The notes beneath the pieces were generated by a model, which worked only from the letters and a program-made list of their open reading frames with translations, was not told the DNA's origin and did no database searches. Shown in pieces: positions 51,601 through 64,000 of a DNA stretch of 64,000 nt. The position numbers and the translations under genes were made by a program. The stretch's first letter is position 1. Every line of letters starts with the position of its first letter. Source of the stretch: Balanoglossus misakiensis (Eukaryota > Animalia > Hemichordata); contig CM082592.2 of assembly GCA_040954595.2 (NCBI GenBank), positions 9,163,677-9,227,676 of the forward strand, written 5' to 3'.

Positions 51601-54600
51601 GACACGTAACATGCAATTACCGGGAAGATAAATGGGACCTGGGCAATTAGGCCCAGATTCTAAAACAAACTGCTCGTTGGGAACTCTTCAGCCAGTCACT
51701 CTCTCTCTCCCACTCATCGAACGGCTCTCAGGGTCGCATTAATTGTCCACGTCTGAAGGAGCAGTGACGAGTGAGAATGACGAAAGTACACATGATGCAG
51801 CCCCGTTGCGTGTTCGGTGTTTGATGATTCGGTTTTGAAATGAGAAATGGTATGAAAAAGGACGCGAGCGCAGCAATCAACACGTGGACTTTCCTCTCAA
51901 TATCCAGACGAGACGGCAAACATCTGCCTTTTAGTTGGTGAAAAGTCCGCTTTTGCAGCGGAAGATTAATCGATATCGAATTAATTCACCCTGTGGAGGC
52001 TTTTATTGTCGTTACCCGTTAAATAGAGGGGGAAAAAGAACGTAGCAAGTTACAGTTGTTGTGAAATTTTTGTCACCGATGTTAATCCTGTCTCTTTTTT
52101 TTCTATTTGTTCTGAATGACGTCATTCGCGGTTATCGGGCGACGCACATCATGGCCGCCATTCTCTCGTTATGAAATTAAATTGTCGTTTGAAAGTAGAT
52201 GAAGAAAGCAAGACATAACCGGAGGAATTTACAGTACAGTGGAGGTGGATTTTTTAAAAGAATCCCGAGCATGACGAATGCCTTTGTTGCCTCTGCGGTG
52301 TTAGCCATTCAATGTAAAATTGTAGGCATGTCACGCTTTTTTGGCGACCACCCGTCAAAGAGACTTGGGAACAGTGGTGCGCACACGACTCATCACACAT
52401 GAAACACCCAACTATTTGCTTTGTGCGCTTTTCCAGAATTACTTCGTTCCGTTCGACAACCGTCAAAAAAACAACAAATTCCTGTTACCTATTCAAGCTC
52501 AGTTCACAAACAAACGACTATGGAAAAAAAGTTCGTACCGCGGGATGTTAGGGGAGTGGTACAACTGAAAAAAAAACATGGCGGATGTAGCTAGTATTAT
52601 TTTCCCCGTCAGAATCCACTATTCATAACTGTTTTGATCAGATTTACTTCCAGCAAAGTTCCGCTTAGTGATGTTCTAAATATATTGTTTAATAATCACC
52701 AAAAACGCATAAAATAGCAGTAAGGAGACAAGTAGCATAGTGGGCAGTTTAGCATGGGATGTAGAACATGAAAATGTAGTAAGCACACTTGAGTGAAGAT
52801 GGCGGGCTAGTGCTATAGAGTGTAGTGGATAATGACTGTATACAACTAGTTTCGCCACACTCAACGTCCAATGTTCTGGGAACTTACACCAGCGTCTAAT
52901 GCTTGTACGCTGTGGTGTACTGTTCACCAACCCCATTCACGACTGCTTAAAGAAACAGCGATCGATTTGCAGGCAGTGACGATATCACCTGTCCATCCAC
53001 AGTATCGGGCTACGGTGGAATAATAAAATATTTTGTATTTAACTATGACGACAAGAATACCGCTGACGTCGATCTCAAAATACGAATATGTGTTAACACT
53101 AAATGCCAGTAAAACATCTCCGGATCAAGTGGCCAGCTCTCAGAAATTGTGTTCCCGTAGCCGTGTACCACTTCATCTTATTCCTGGCTCTTTCCAACTT
53201 TATGATTATGTAGAACAGTGTCTTGTATGCAAGGTGTTTGAACCTAAACTGGTTCACAGAAGGACGATTTTTTTCTGGACAACTGCCATGCGCCCCTTTC
53301 AAATACATCTCAGCTTACGTACGATATCTTTATTTTTGAGATCTGTGATATGTGGTGTTGTCTTTTCTGAGGCGGGTGTGATTTCTTACCGTTTTTTTTC
53401 AGAAAAGATAAAATACCGTTATTCTTGAATTAATTGTAAACATCACGGTTGTATGCTTTCGTTCAAAGTTGACAGGTATTATATTTTTGATAAGTCGCTA
53501 TTCAAAACAGCGATAGGAATGACATAATACGAGACAAAGAGTCAGAATGCGGTTTTATACTTTTATCATATATTATATGCTGCGTCGCTTGGGGTAGGGG
53601 ATGCTAATATCGATTTGGGAACGAGGATAGTTCCGTCAGTTTGAAATAACATTTCGTCGTCGTAACCATCACCACCGCCGCCGCCAAAACATAAGTGTTT
53701 TGCGTAGATCGGGTGCTCTGCCCCCCGGTCCTCAGGAATGTATATTACGTTTCGGATTTGCTGATATCCCCGTGTATGCTTTGTGTAAAGATGGCGGTCA
53801 TTATCGTTCACAAATGTCAAACTGTCACACGACAGATTGATCGGAGATAACCCGGGTCTAACCACTCAGCCTCGGAGAGGAATCAAAAGCCGTCAAGTGC
53901 GAGTCGCTGAGACAAGACAGACAGCGGACGGAAAAACCCCCAACCACCGCAGCCGCCATTAAATCGTCACACTACACCGCCATGTTGTGGTCTCATTCAT
54001 AAGGCCATTAATGTGACATTTCAATGCCACCTAATGGATAACTGTCTGTGATTTGAATTTAACCCAATTAACTACATCTTAGGATCATTACAACCGATCT
54101 TGGACATCGTTGATTTCTGTCATCCGATTCTTTCTTTATTATTACATTTGGATGTTAAACTTTCCGTCGCTTTTTGTCAAAACAACGGGCCAGTGTCCAA
54201 TCCGGCGTTCAAGCATAATACACATGAGTCGGAATGGGTTTTTTAAATCTATAAATTATTAGTCGTAAAATCATGTGAGATATTTGTATCGTCTGAATCG
54301 TATATGGAACTTTATAGCATTAATTGGCTGTCTCCGACTCAGTATGTCTAAGTTTGTATCAAGTTGTCGGTCTGTCTGCCTATGTCTCTCTGTCTATCGG
54401 TCCCTTCACGTCCCCCTCTCTCCGTCCACGCGCGTAACAATCTCTATATGCTTGTTTCGCAATGTGATTTATTGCACAATTTTGTGGTCTAACATTAACA
54501 ACCACTTTGATGTCAGTCTTTTGGCAAATAGGGTCCCACACGAACAAAGCAAAACCTAGACGCGGGATGGCACGGCCATCATAAAAACGCCGTCGTAAAA

Positions 54601-57600
54601 TTATGATGATGGTGGCTGAAGTAGAAGAAGCCCCTAAAGCTCAGAAACTATAGTAGGTGACGGGACCATTTCCCCCTTTTTAGGTTTATGCGTACGGTTT
54701 ATATTACAATGGTCTTCGCATTTCTACTTGGACATGGTTGAAGAGTGTTCGAAAAACACACATAGATAACAAACAGAGCTGCGTCATGAGACGCCACCAT
54801 CGAACAGGTAACTGACCGATTTCGCGAAACTGTTGACCTGCGATGCACGTCACGGATGCAATCATTTTGGGTTTACTGAGAGACGTTTTAGACGTTCAAT
54901 CTACAGAGAGAATACACTGCGCGTTGTGACTGGGCAATCGAAGCAGTCCTGGCCCGGCAACGTAATTTGAGGATGCGCGTCGCAGGGTGATGGTACGGAC
55001 CAACCTGCGTCCTATATCAGTTCCCACACCACTTATGTCCGCCCTAGCGTGGGGGCCAAAGTATCCGCCGACGGAGATATTAATTTTTAATAAAAAGGGG
55101 ATCCATAATTCCATCGCTTGACATCACATCTGGACAATTATGACACGTGCGGATTTGGTGTCAGCGCACCGGGCGGTATAGATCACACATTAATAATAAT
55201 CCTGGCGTTTTTATGGCTTTTTATGACTGAATAAATAAAAATTGGAAAGAATTTGCTCTTTGCCTTTGACACAGTAACAATCAAACTATCAAACACTGGC
55301 TGTGTATGTTTTGTACTAAAAATAATTCCAAACACAAATTTGCCGTGTGGTTTCACAAACATTTCAAAATTCCGTCAGTTTTCACGAGTCTGTGGCATGT
55401 GACTTAGGCCTTTGTCGTGTCGTATTTATCCAAGCATTTTCAATTTGGACTGACTGGCCCTGCTTGAGCTGTCCCTTGTTTGATTTGTGTGGGCTTTCTG
55501 ACATTACACGAGTTTTGAATTAGGTCTTAAATTCTACGAGATTTTTGTCTCGTTCTCAATCATTTGAATGGTCTCTGTGCGTCGACCACGAGGGCTAGTG
55601 ACACGAGCAATCGTCTGCTGGTCGACCGGGGTGAAGTTGTTGGCTTTGAAGCGGCAACGGCCGGCTGCTACAAGGATGTTGCTTGTTGATGCCGAGCCCA
55701 CGTCGCATAATGCAGTCGACCAGACTGCTTCTTACTAGTTCGCTGTGTCCATTACTTGTATATTTGACATACATTAGCGACGACGCAAGCGGGTTTTTTT
55801 CCTCCTTGCGACCGAACGCTGCAGCCGTGTGAATACACACATTTTTCTCTGCGATTTTTTCTGAACGTCCACGTATGGTTTCAACACTTGGCTGGGATCA
55901 AAACAAGCCGGACCATTCAAGCTCACACTTGCAACAACCTTGCCAGATTTTGTGACACGGTGTAAAGAAAAAAACCTCACACTTTTCAAAAGTGCGAAGT
56001 GAAAAAAACATGAGTGATTACCGCGAAAGTGGATACGTGCGGGTCCGGATTGCGTTGCATATTCCGAGACAAAAAACGCATTCTACCGAGCGGCGTGGTT
56101 TGGATTCTTCAGGCGGGGTTATAGTCTGGCAACCAAGGTATAAGCTGCCCAACAATTTCCAACGCACTCTGAAGAAACCATCCACGCAATTTTCATGAGC
56201 CTGTCTTGATTCAAAATATGTATCCGATGACAACGAATCAATGTTTTTTTTTTCACAAAATAGGAAAAACAACTTACATGTAAACCACAGACTCTGAGAA
56301 AAAATGAAAGAAATTTTATAAAGTGCATCTTCTGGTTCTTTGTTACGTATTTTCTGCTGTGTTTCTGAGCTACCATGATCAGGTATAGTCTAGCCTGTGT
56401 CTATATGGGTTTATTTCCAAACAGATGTCCTGACATTTCTGTTTTGGATGTCAAAGGCATGTTTGCGCGGAATCGGCATTTATGACTTGTACACACCGAA
56501 GAAGCTATACTGTCGAAACAAACCAAAGGGTTATAAGTCATCGTGGGATGTTGTAAATGTCAGCGTGTTGTCATTCGTTGAGATAAAGAAAAACTTGAAG
56601 TCAGTCATCTTGTTTTTGGGGGGATGAGGACTTTACAACGAAATTGGGTTCTGTTGGCCAGCCCTGTGCTGTGATCAGTGACGCGGCCACGCTGTCAACT
56701 GCCAACGACGCGTCGGCTTTGTATGCAGCCCACAGACCGTGAGGCGAAAAGAAGTCACTAATTGTGTGGTCAGATGCGTTGATGTCTTCTTGTCAAATAC
56801 GATCACGAATTCGAAAAAAAACCCTAAAAGCTCCAACGATTCGTGTTTCCCTCGTCTCACTTGTCAGGCGACCTGGCACTATCAAAACACGACCAGACGA
56901 TGTCAACATGACCGAAAAATGGGCCGGCGTACTCGTATGTCTGCGCTCTCACATACAATACCCACTTTATTTGAATCGAACTGTCATCACACTTTTCAAA
57001 ATCTCATTATCACGGTAATTAACTGTCCCGAACTAATGAAATGGACAAATTATCACCCTGTAGGTACCAACGGAGTACTCCGCCCCCGCGGTGTACCCGG
57101 ACGAGAACACGAGTGTGGCGGTCAGACTTTTGTGCGTAGTCGAACTAGCAGGCAGACTTTGGAGCCTCCGTTCTGGTAATCTGTGGGGCCGGCAAGCGCT
57201 CGCCGTTACCGGACTACACCGGACGCCCCATGAAACATGGACGACAGACACTGTTCCGAACTCAACAAAATTTGGGATTTGAAACACATTATGTTTAAGG
57301 GTTAGTTTGAGGCATCGGACAGTGCCAGTTTAGCTACACCAGAGACCGAAGCGAGTCTGTTTCAAGTAGCTAGACCATGTTGGGGGGAAACTGAAAATTC
57401 GCAAGCAAGAACATTGCTTTTAAACTTACCTCCCACTCTTTGTAACTATCATCTCGGTTCCCAGCGAGTGAAATTCGTCCCACAAAGCCTTCATTTCCAG
57501 CTGAACCTCAACGTATCTCACTTTATCACTCAGCGGTCTGTTGTCCACTTTGGGCTTGCAGACAATCTCCTTCTCCCCCTCCTCCTCCTCCCCATCCTCC

Positions 57601-58833
57601 ACATTGCTGTTCTCCTCGGCGTTCTCCCCAGTCGCCCCTCTGTCTTTGGAGCCCCTCTCTCCTCCGCCGTCGGGGCTGTTCAGAAACTTATCCGAAGAGC
57701 TGTCGCCGAAACTGTCGCCGCTCTCCGAGCCGCACTTACCGTTATGACTTGAGACTGGAGAGAGAAACCACAGCGCAGAAAAGAGAGTTAGCCACACGCA
57801 TATATACAGAAGGATGGTGCGTTTTGGATGCACATGAAACAACACTTAGCCCGGACTGACTAACTACCCAAGTGTATACTGGTGGAACGTCAGCTCTGCA
57901 AGATAAGGATTTCCATCGGCCGCCATTTCTGAAACATCTAAAACTATGACTTTCACTCATCGAGAATTCAGGAGGACGTGGCTAATATGAAATATAACTT
58001 TACAAAACATGTAAGACAGAAACATGAATCGAGATTTCTCTCAGATGCCTACGTTGTTCTGTTTTAGGACGTACAACCACACACGCCATATCCTGAGAGC
58101 AAACTTTAACCTTTCGAAAAAGGGTTACGGCTGGGCACTGCCTTCGTATTACGTGCGTAAATGAACAAAAAACTTTTGAAGTTGAACTAAAACCAAGTCT
58201 TTATCGACCCAGGACAGGGCTAAAATGTGCAGTGGCATGCCACACGACAGGTGGGTTCTGAACGGACTACGGTGAGAGGGGAGCGATTTCAAGTTTGTTT
58301 TGTGTGGCCACTGGGGCATGGTCTTGTTGTATTAAGGATTCCGATGTATTTCCAGTGTTGCTACTACCAGCGTGTCTGAGTAAACCATACCAGCTGATTG
58401 ATTATTATCTCCGTGTAAGTCGGGGGAGAATATCGCACTGGGAGCGGAATATAGGCTGTGTAGGGACGATGGGTGTTAAGTCACCCTACAACTGCCCGGG
58501 ACAGTCACAGTAGATGTCGTTCGTTGGTTCTGCGTGTCTGTCTACGAGTCTCTTGAATCGACAATAGGCTTTGCACTTGGGGGTAACAACAGCTTAGAAG
58601 CTCTGCACAATTCACTACCAACCTTCCATGTCTTTGCCGCCGAGCACCGGCGTAGCACTGCCCCAGGAGTCGATCGAGTCGTCGTTGAACGGGCCGCCGC
58701 CTTTCCTGGTGCCGTTGCAGAGGGAGGACTCCGAGAGAGAGCGCTGCGACATCGGCGAGATGAGAGAGGCGATGCTGAAGGCGTTTGCCCGCGGTGACAA
58801 CGGATTAGATGAATCTATACTATGCACGTCCAT
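42674..58833 (-). CDS. TBX1: T-box transcription factor Tbx1/10, 537 aa
   Basis: 8 exons (high-low): 58833-58623, 57754-57430, 50854-50773, 50144-49953, 48356-48201, 43791-43724, 43395-43268, 43125-42674 (1614 nt). N-terminal eh1 motif [14 protein letters not shown]. The T-box reads [71 protein letters not shown]...[39 protein letters not shown]...[23 protein letters not shown], which is diagnostic of Tbx1/10. The C-terminus is Pro-rich. Confidence 0.96.
46051..46111. repeat. Imperfect GA-rich microsatellite in Tbx1 intron 5
   Basis: GAGAGAGACAGATAGACAGAGAGAGAGACGGACAGAGAGA... Confidence 0.7.
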
Positions 58834-59159
58834 AACGTTGACTAACTATAAGGGCAGATTTAGAAGGGGGAAAAAATCCTCGGCCACTTCAAGTCAGGAA
58901 CTCTTCAATGATTGAGTCTCGTCGTAATGAGAAAGTCAAGTAGATTCCCATAGAGTGTAGTATAACTTCGACTGATGGGGCTATATAGCGGCTACAAGTG
59001 TTGGTACTGCAAATACAACCGTGGCCAAACAAAACACCTTTTAAGCATTGTTCCGCGGGCACACACAGTAATCTCTCCCGATCGCATTCTGTGGGAAAGG
59101 GGACGCAGGCACGGTAAAGGAAAACAAGGGGAGCGATGTTCGGACCTCTCGGCCTTCCC

Positions 59160-59335
59160 CGCTCGGTAAACACGGCGGGGGTGACGTGCACCGTGATTGG
59201 CTGGCACGGGGGCTTGCCCGACATTGGCTCATTAAGCGCGCGTGTCAATCAGTGCCCGATTGGAGAACAATCGGGCAGCCACAGTCTGACAGTAATCCCA
59301 TACTTAGGGTTGCGCACCAATCCAGCCAATCAGCG
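59160..59335 (-). promoter_or_regulatory. Tbx1 proximal promoter with five clustered CCAAT boxes
   Basis: ATTGG at 59196, 59223 and 59259; CCAAT at 59317 and 59326. Also a Fox-type GTAAACA (59166) and TGACGTG (59182). The cluster lies 330-500 bp upstream of the ATG. Confidence 0.6.
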
Positions 59336-61958
59336 GTGCCCTCTTAATGCCAGTTCAGAAGTCAAAAGTCAGTACCCTCAATGGCCGTGTAGTATCCGCA
59401 CTCAAAGCACTCAGTCGGTCGACAGTGTTTACAAATTCTAAATAAAAAATCTTACTATAGAGAAACGGCAAGGAAGGGAAAACCTGACTATAATCGATAG
59501 GTTCATAACTTATTTTCCATGAAATATATTTTCAATGTATATCCTTAGCCTGAGCTTGTCACCTGTATATACTGAACGTTTTTTTTTATTGTGAAACGGG
59601 TCTTCTTGGACTATTTCGCCCAATGACTCATTTTTATATCCACAAGGTACGATATTTTATTATTCAATGACTAGAAGGACGGAAGGAGTTTTTGTGTCAG
59701 CAAATTGGAGGTGTTTTGCATGGAAACACCAGGTGAATGGACACGATAAGAAAACCTATCGTGCAAATATCCCCCCCCCCCCCCACGCGACGCGAAGGTG
59801 CCGTGAAGCGCAGTTTATCCCGAATCTGAAAGCGATGGCTTTCTCGGCAATGCATGCGCGACCCGTCAACCATGAATCTCAAGTCGAGATTACCACGCGC
59901 ACGCCTGAAAAGATAATGCGAAGTTCGGATCAGTGTTTTTGGATCCCATATAGATAAAGCGGATGGGACCCTGAACGATTGTATCTGCGCGAAGAGCGTA
60001 GACCATGCGCCGAATGAACGGGACGCGGAGGTGAATTACGAGTTCTGGTGGACTTTACGTGATGGGAACGAGAAAGAAAGTAATTCGAGGGAAAATTCAG
60101 CGAGATAACGCCGATGGACGAACTGCAATTAAAATATAATGCTTGATAATACGCACTGGTATTTCGCACTCTTGAATTGGGAGTTTAGTGGCCGCCGGTG
60201 TTTCATTCCGTATTTCTGTACAATGCAAAACAGATAGGCCTATAATGATTCCTGTCAATATTCTTGATGTCTGGGGTTGCCTGCGTCGGACCTTTTTTTG
60301 GAACGAACTTTTACCAATTTACGTGTTATTTTACCATCCGGCCTTCTAAAATCTCTGTTTACATAAGTCCTTCCAGTGACATACAATCAAATAAAATTGG
60401 CAAAATAACGATCTGATTAAATGTCTGCTCCTGATAGAAAAATAGAAACGGGTTCGGCGTTTTTCGTCCACCGGCCATCAAAAGAAAACTTGCAACTGTA
60501 CTTCGGGCAATCAGAGGCAGCTATAAAAAACCCAGGCAATGTTTTAAAGATGGCTGATATTTCGGTCACCCTTATCAAGTCGTGACTAAATCGGAAGTAT
60601 TTTGCCAACGTACTGTGAAGAACAAGCATAAAACGACACGACTATCTAAATGTCATTTCGCACATTGGGGCCGGAACATGCACAACGTATGTAATCTTTC
60701 GCGCCCATTGTAAAGATTGCGCAAGTCGTAAAGTCTCGCGATGCTGGGTACGGGGAGTCGTTTAGCAGTGATGATAATAGGTCCCCCTTTTTACACCTAA
60801 TCAATTAAGGAGACCGTTACCAGAGGACAGATTTACGAGCCGGCCGTCCCGAAGAACCAAAATACTCGCGGAAACATTGATGTACTCTGCGTGCTCTCGC
60901 TTACTATGTACCGGACTGTGAGAACCCGCAGGAATGCGAACTGGAGTCGGCGCACTGCCTGGTATGCGTTGTAAACGACTCGCTCTTTTCACGTATTCCT
61001 TTTCTCCCACCCTTTATCCGTTTGCACCCAACCAAAGCGGAATGCCTCACACTACACAGAGGTGGTTACACTCGGAGATATGTTTTCACTGCCCGTTTCG
61101 AGCGATTTCGCCATCGCCTGTGGCCCAATACAATACTCCGCAAAAGGAAACTAAAACCAACCGTTCAATGTTCAATTTTCCCCTCGTCAAGTTTTTATCT
61201 CGCTGCCGTAGCCGACAAAGCGGCCGAGTGAAAGATCCGTGTCATCACTACGCTAACCCGACAAATGGACGCAGGGTGCTGATAAAGAGCCCGGTTACGC
61301 GGCGAGCGAAGAGACTCTGTGTGGGAATGAAGTGGCTTTTTTGTAATTTAGCATCCAGCCAGAGAAGTGAGAACCTCGGCCGCTTTGTTGCGCCCTGAGA
61401 AGTGCGGCTATTTTTACACAGCACCCAATGCAAATGTCCTGAATGGAATCCACGACAATGGAAAGTTCAAATAATTTGCCTTTATGCCAGTTCTTATAAA
61501 ATCACTTCTCGTCAAGTGTTCCGTTCCGGTCCTGTCTGAAGATTTGGACAATTTCTGAGCACGACGTCGAAGCCAGTCACAACAGCTTTACATAAATGCC
61601 ATGTGGGATGGCACTAGAGTTGCCATTACTGACCAAAAACGGTTGCGGACTAATGTGACGGAATTTTCCTTCTGATCAAGTCGGATTAGTTGCTTCTTCA
61701 GAGAGATAGACGCAAGAGAAACTGCCGTAAGAACGAAACGCACTTTAAAGAAGAATAATCTATGAAATGCGCGTTATGGAGTCAGAGAGAACGAAAAAGG
61801 GACACTTAAAAATTGTGAGCGCACCTCACGCATACATAGGAGATAAGACGAGAAAAATAGTGTTTTTTGTACTAATTCCATTGAATGCTAGGGATACGGG
61901 ATATCACTGGAAGATTAATGTCGATGGGCTTTGATGAACTGTCGATGGAGAAATTAGT

Positions 61959-62042
61959 TTCCTAAATAGTATACAAGTTGTTAGAAAGTTCTGGGAAAGC
62001 TTCCTTAATAGAATGCAAGTTGTTTGAATGTTCTGAGAAAGA
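61959..62042. repeat. 42-bp imperfect tandem duplication
   Basis: TTCCTAAATAGTATACAAGTTGTTAGAAAGTTCTGGGAAAGC followed by TTCCTTAATAGAATGCAAGTTGTTTGAATGTTCTGAGAAAGA. Confidence 0.8.
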
Positions 62043-64000
62043 TTCGATACCTCTCTCAGAACACTCAACGTGTCCCTGTACTGTAGTGTGTATAGAAAGC
62101 TGCCCCCATCTCGTCTGCACTGCCGGATCGCATGCGAAGCCGAAGCCATAACCCAAACACGGATCGCTATCTGATGGCCGACGCGGGACCGTGTCGGAAG
62201 TTTATAAAACCGAATCAAACGACGTCTTGAAAGAATCTTGACAGCCCGCATGTAACAGTCAACAGATTCCAGATTCCGGAATCCCCAAAATAGAGTCACA
62301 ATCGACAGAGAGAAGGAGAGAAAAAAAGCGACGGTCTTTTCTCTTCAAATAATCTACTTCGACGTGTGTGGGACTCTCCCGGTTCAATTCGAGTGAGATA
62401 TCTCTAATGAATACCTTCTGCTCCGACCGGCTCTGACCTACAAAAACCGTCACTATCGTCTGCATGCGTTCAAACCGTGACTTGCTGCATCGATTGTTCC
62501 GACAAGAGAACTGGCTGTCCCCAACACGACGATAAGACGGACTGTATGTTGAGTAAAATAGCCAAACTAATTGGAACAAACATTAACCTCTTTATCAACA
62601 TAAACGACAAAATAACTCCCCACCGTAGTTTTATTTTGAATGTTTCGATTGCCTCTGTTGAGAAACTTCTTCGCTGCGTCTTTCTTTCTCTGTGGTTATT
62701 ATATATTTGTCACGAAACCTGTAGAGCCGAACTTGGTCAGCTCTCTAAACGGTTAGAAATTTTGGCTGGTACTGAGATAAAACTGAAGGGAAATGTTGGA
62801 CATTTGTCGGGCGTCTGTCGTCGGGAGAGCGCGACGTCGCCCGCAGAACGTCATCCGTCGTCACGGTGGACGGGCGGACAACGGAGATCTGGTTGTGCCG
62901 CCGTTTACTCGGCGAAACCTGAGACTATTTAGCGGTAATCATCGTAATCTAAGATAAGACGCACAAAAAACTAGAAAGGGAACCGAAAAACAATATGAGC
63001 AAGCTACGCTACTTCTGCTTTTCATCGTCGGAAGTTAGCAAAAAAAAAGAAGAAAGAAAACGACAAAAGACAAACGGAAAAGGACGTGAAATCTATTTTG
63101 TTATAAAATGGTAAAATCTTGTTTTCAGTACACCGTGTTCATAAAAAATTCTGTGGCATGAGATCCAGCAGTGTTTTTTTCACGAAACAAGCATCTAGGA
63201 AACAATGAACAAACCAACAAACGGACTCTTTCAAGTATCGCTCATTTTTCGGGTTGTGGTATTTATTGCTTTTTTAAAAACATGCACTCAAGGTTTACTT
63301 TCAACTTTCGACGCTTTGATAATTTGCCGGCATTATTTATTTGTTCTGGAATCACGCTTATTGTGGTTGGTCATTATATTTATCCCCCCGATCCCGGCCA
63401 GGAACGTCGCCTATATTTTGGAAGGGCTGTTGGGCAAGTGTGTTTCGCGCCGGTGCGGTCCTCACAAAATCGCCAATGGGTCGGTTTTGCACGCGAGATG
63501 GCAATGGCAGATAATGGGCGTCCGAACAGAAAAAAAGCCTGGATACAGGGTTACCTTGATCCCTATCCATCTTTCCTTTCACAGTCAAAGGGGTACGAAC
63601 AACCGAATCTACCACCCCCGTGTAACTAAATATGTATGTAACGGCTTGTAAATAGCGAGGCGTGATTGTACGTGTTTGCGCGGCGTGTCGTTGCACCCCG
63701 AGGCGTTGAACCCACTCTTGCCGCTGTTTTCAGCATTGTAAAAAAAAACAAAACAGCCCATGGAAACGACACTCTATATTTCGCCATGTCTAATTCTTTA
63801 TGTGAAAATAATAATGATGAATTCAAATTTAAGGAGGTTCTCTATTTTCGATTTTGTACGTCGCGTGAAAGTTCTCAGACTGACTGAGAACTTTCTGTCT
63901 GCTAATGACGACAGTGAGATCGTCGGTTCCTCTGTTCGGAGATTAGATCAAATCTGAAAATCAAAATCTAACTGATCCCCCGATGAAAATATTTCGTGAG

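Noticed and set aside
60801-63957. 130-154-aa ORFs upstream of Tbx1
   Set aside because: No recognisable domains; overlapping frames on both strands suggest non-coding regulatory DNA.

Overview
This is eukaryotic genomic DNA from an invertebrate bilaterian, most plausibly a non-vertebrate deuterostome (taxon is inferred, not proven). I reconstructed six spliced protein-coding genes by hand from GT-AG splice sites and reading-frame continuity. In order: the 5' part of a BCR/ABR-family RhoGEF gene (-), an SVOP/SVOPL-like MFS transporter (+, 13 coding exons, 499 aa), SART3/Prp24 (+, 21 exons, 906 aa), SMPD4 (-, 16 exons, 831 aa, with one U12-type intron), an unrecognised 5-exon gene (+, 321 aa), and Tbx1/10 (-, 8 exons, 537 aa). 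Tbx1/10 sits in a roughly 28 kb CpG-rich, otherwise gene-free regulatory domain. The main novelty candidate is the 321-aa gene. It joins an apparently catalytically dead Tpt1/KptA RNA-binding lobe to a BC-box-like motif and AMN1-like leucine-rich repeats, which would fit an RNA-recognising cullin-RING E3 substrate receptor. The window also holds several small MITE-like or palindromic elements. No prokaryotic features, CRISPR arrays, rRNA or tRNA genes were seen. Family assignments come from recalled motifs, not database searches.
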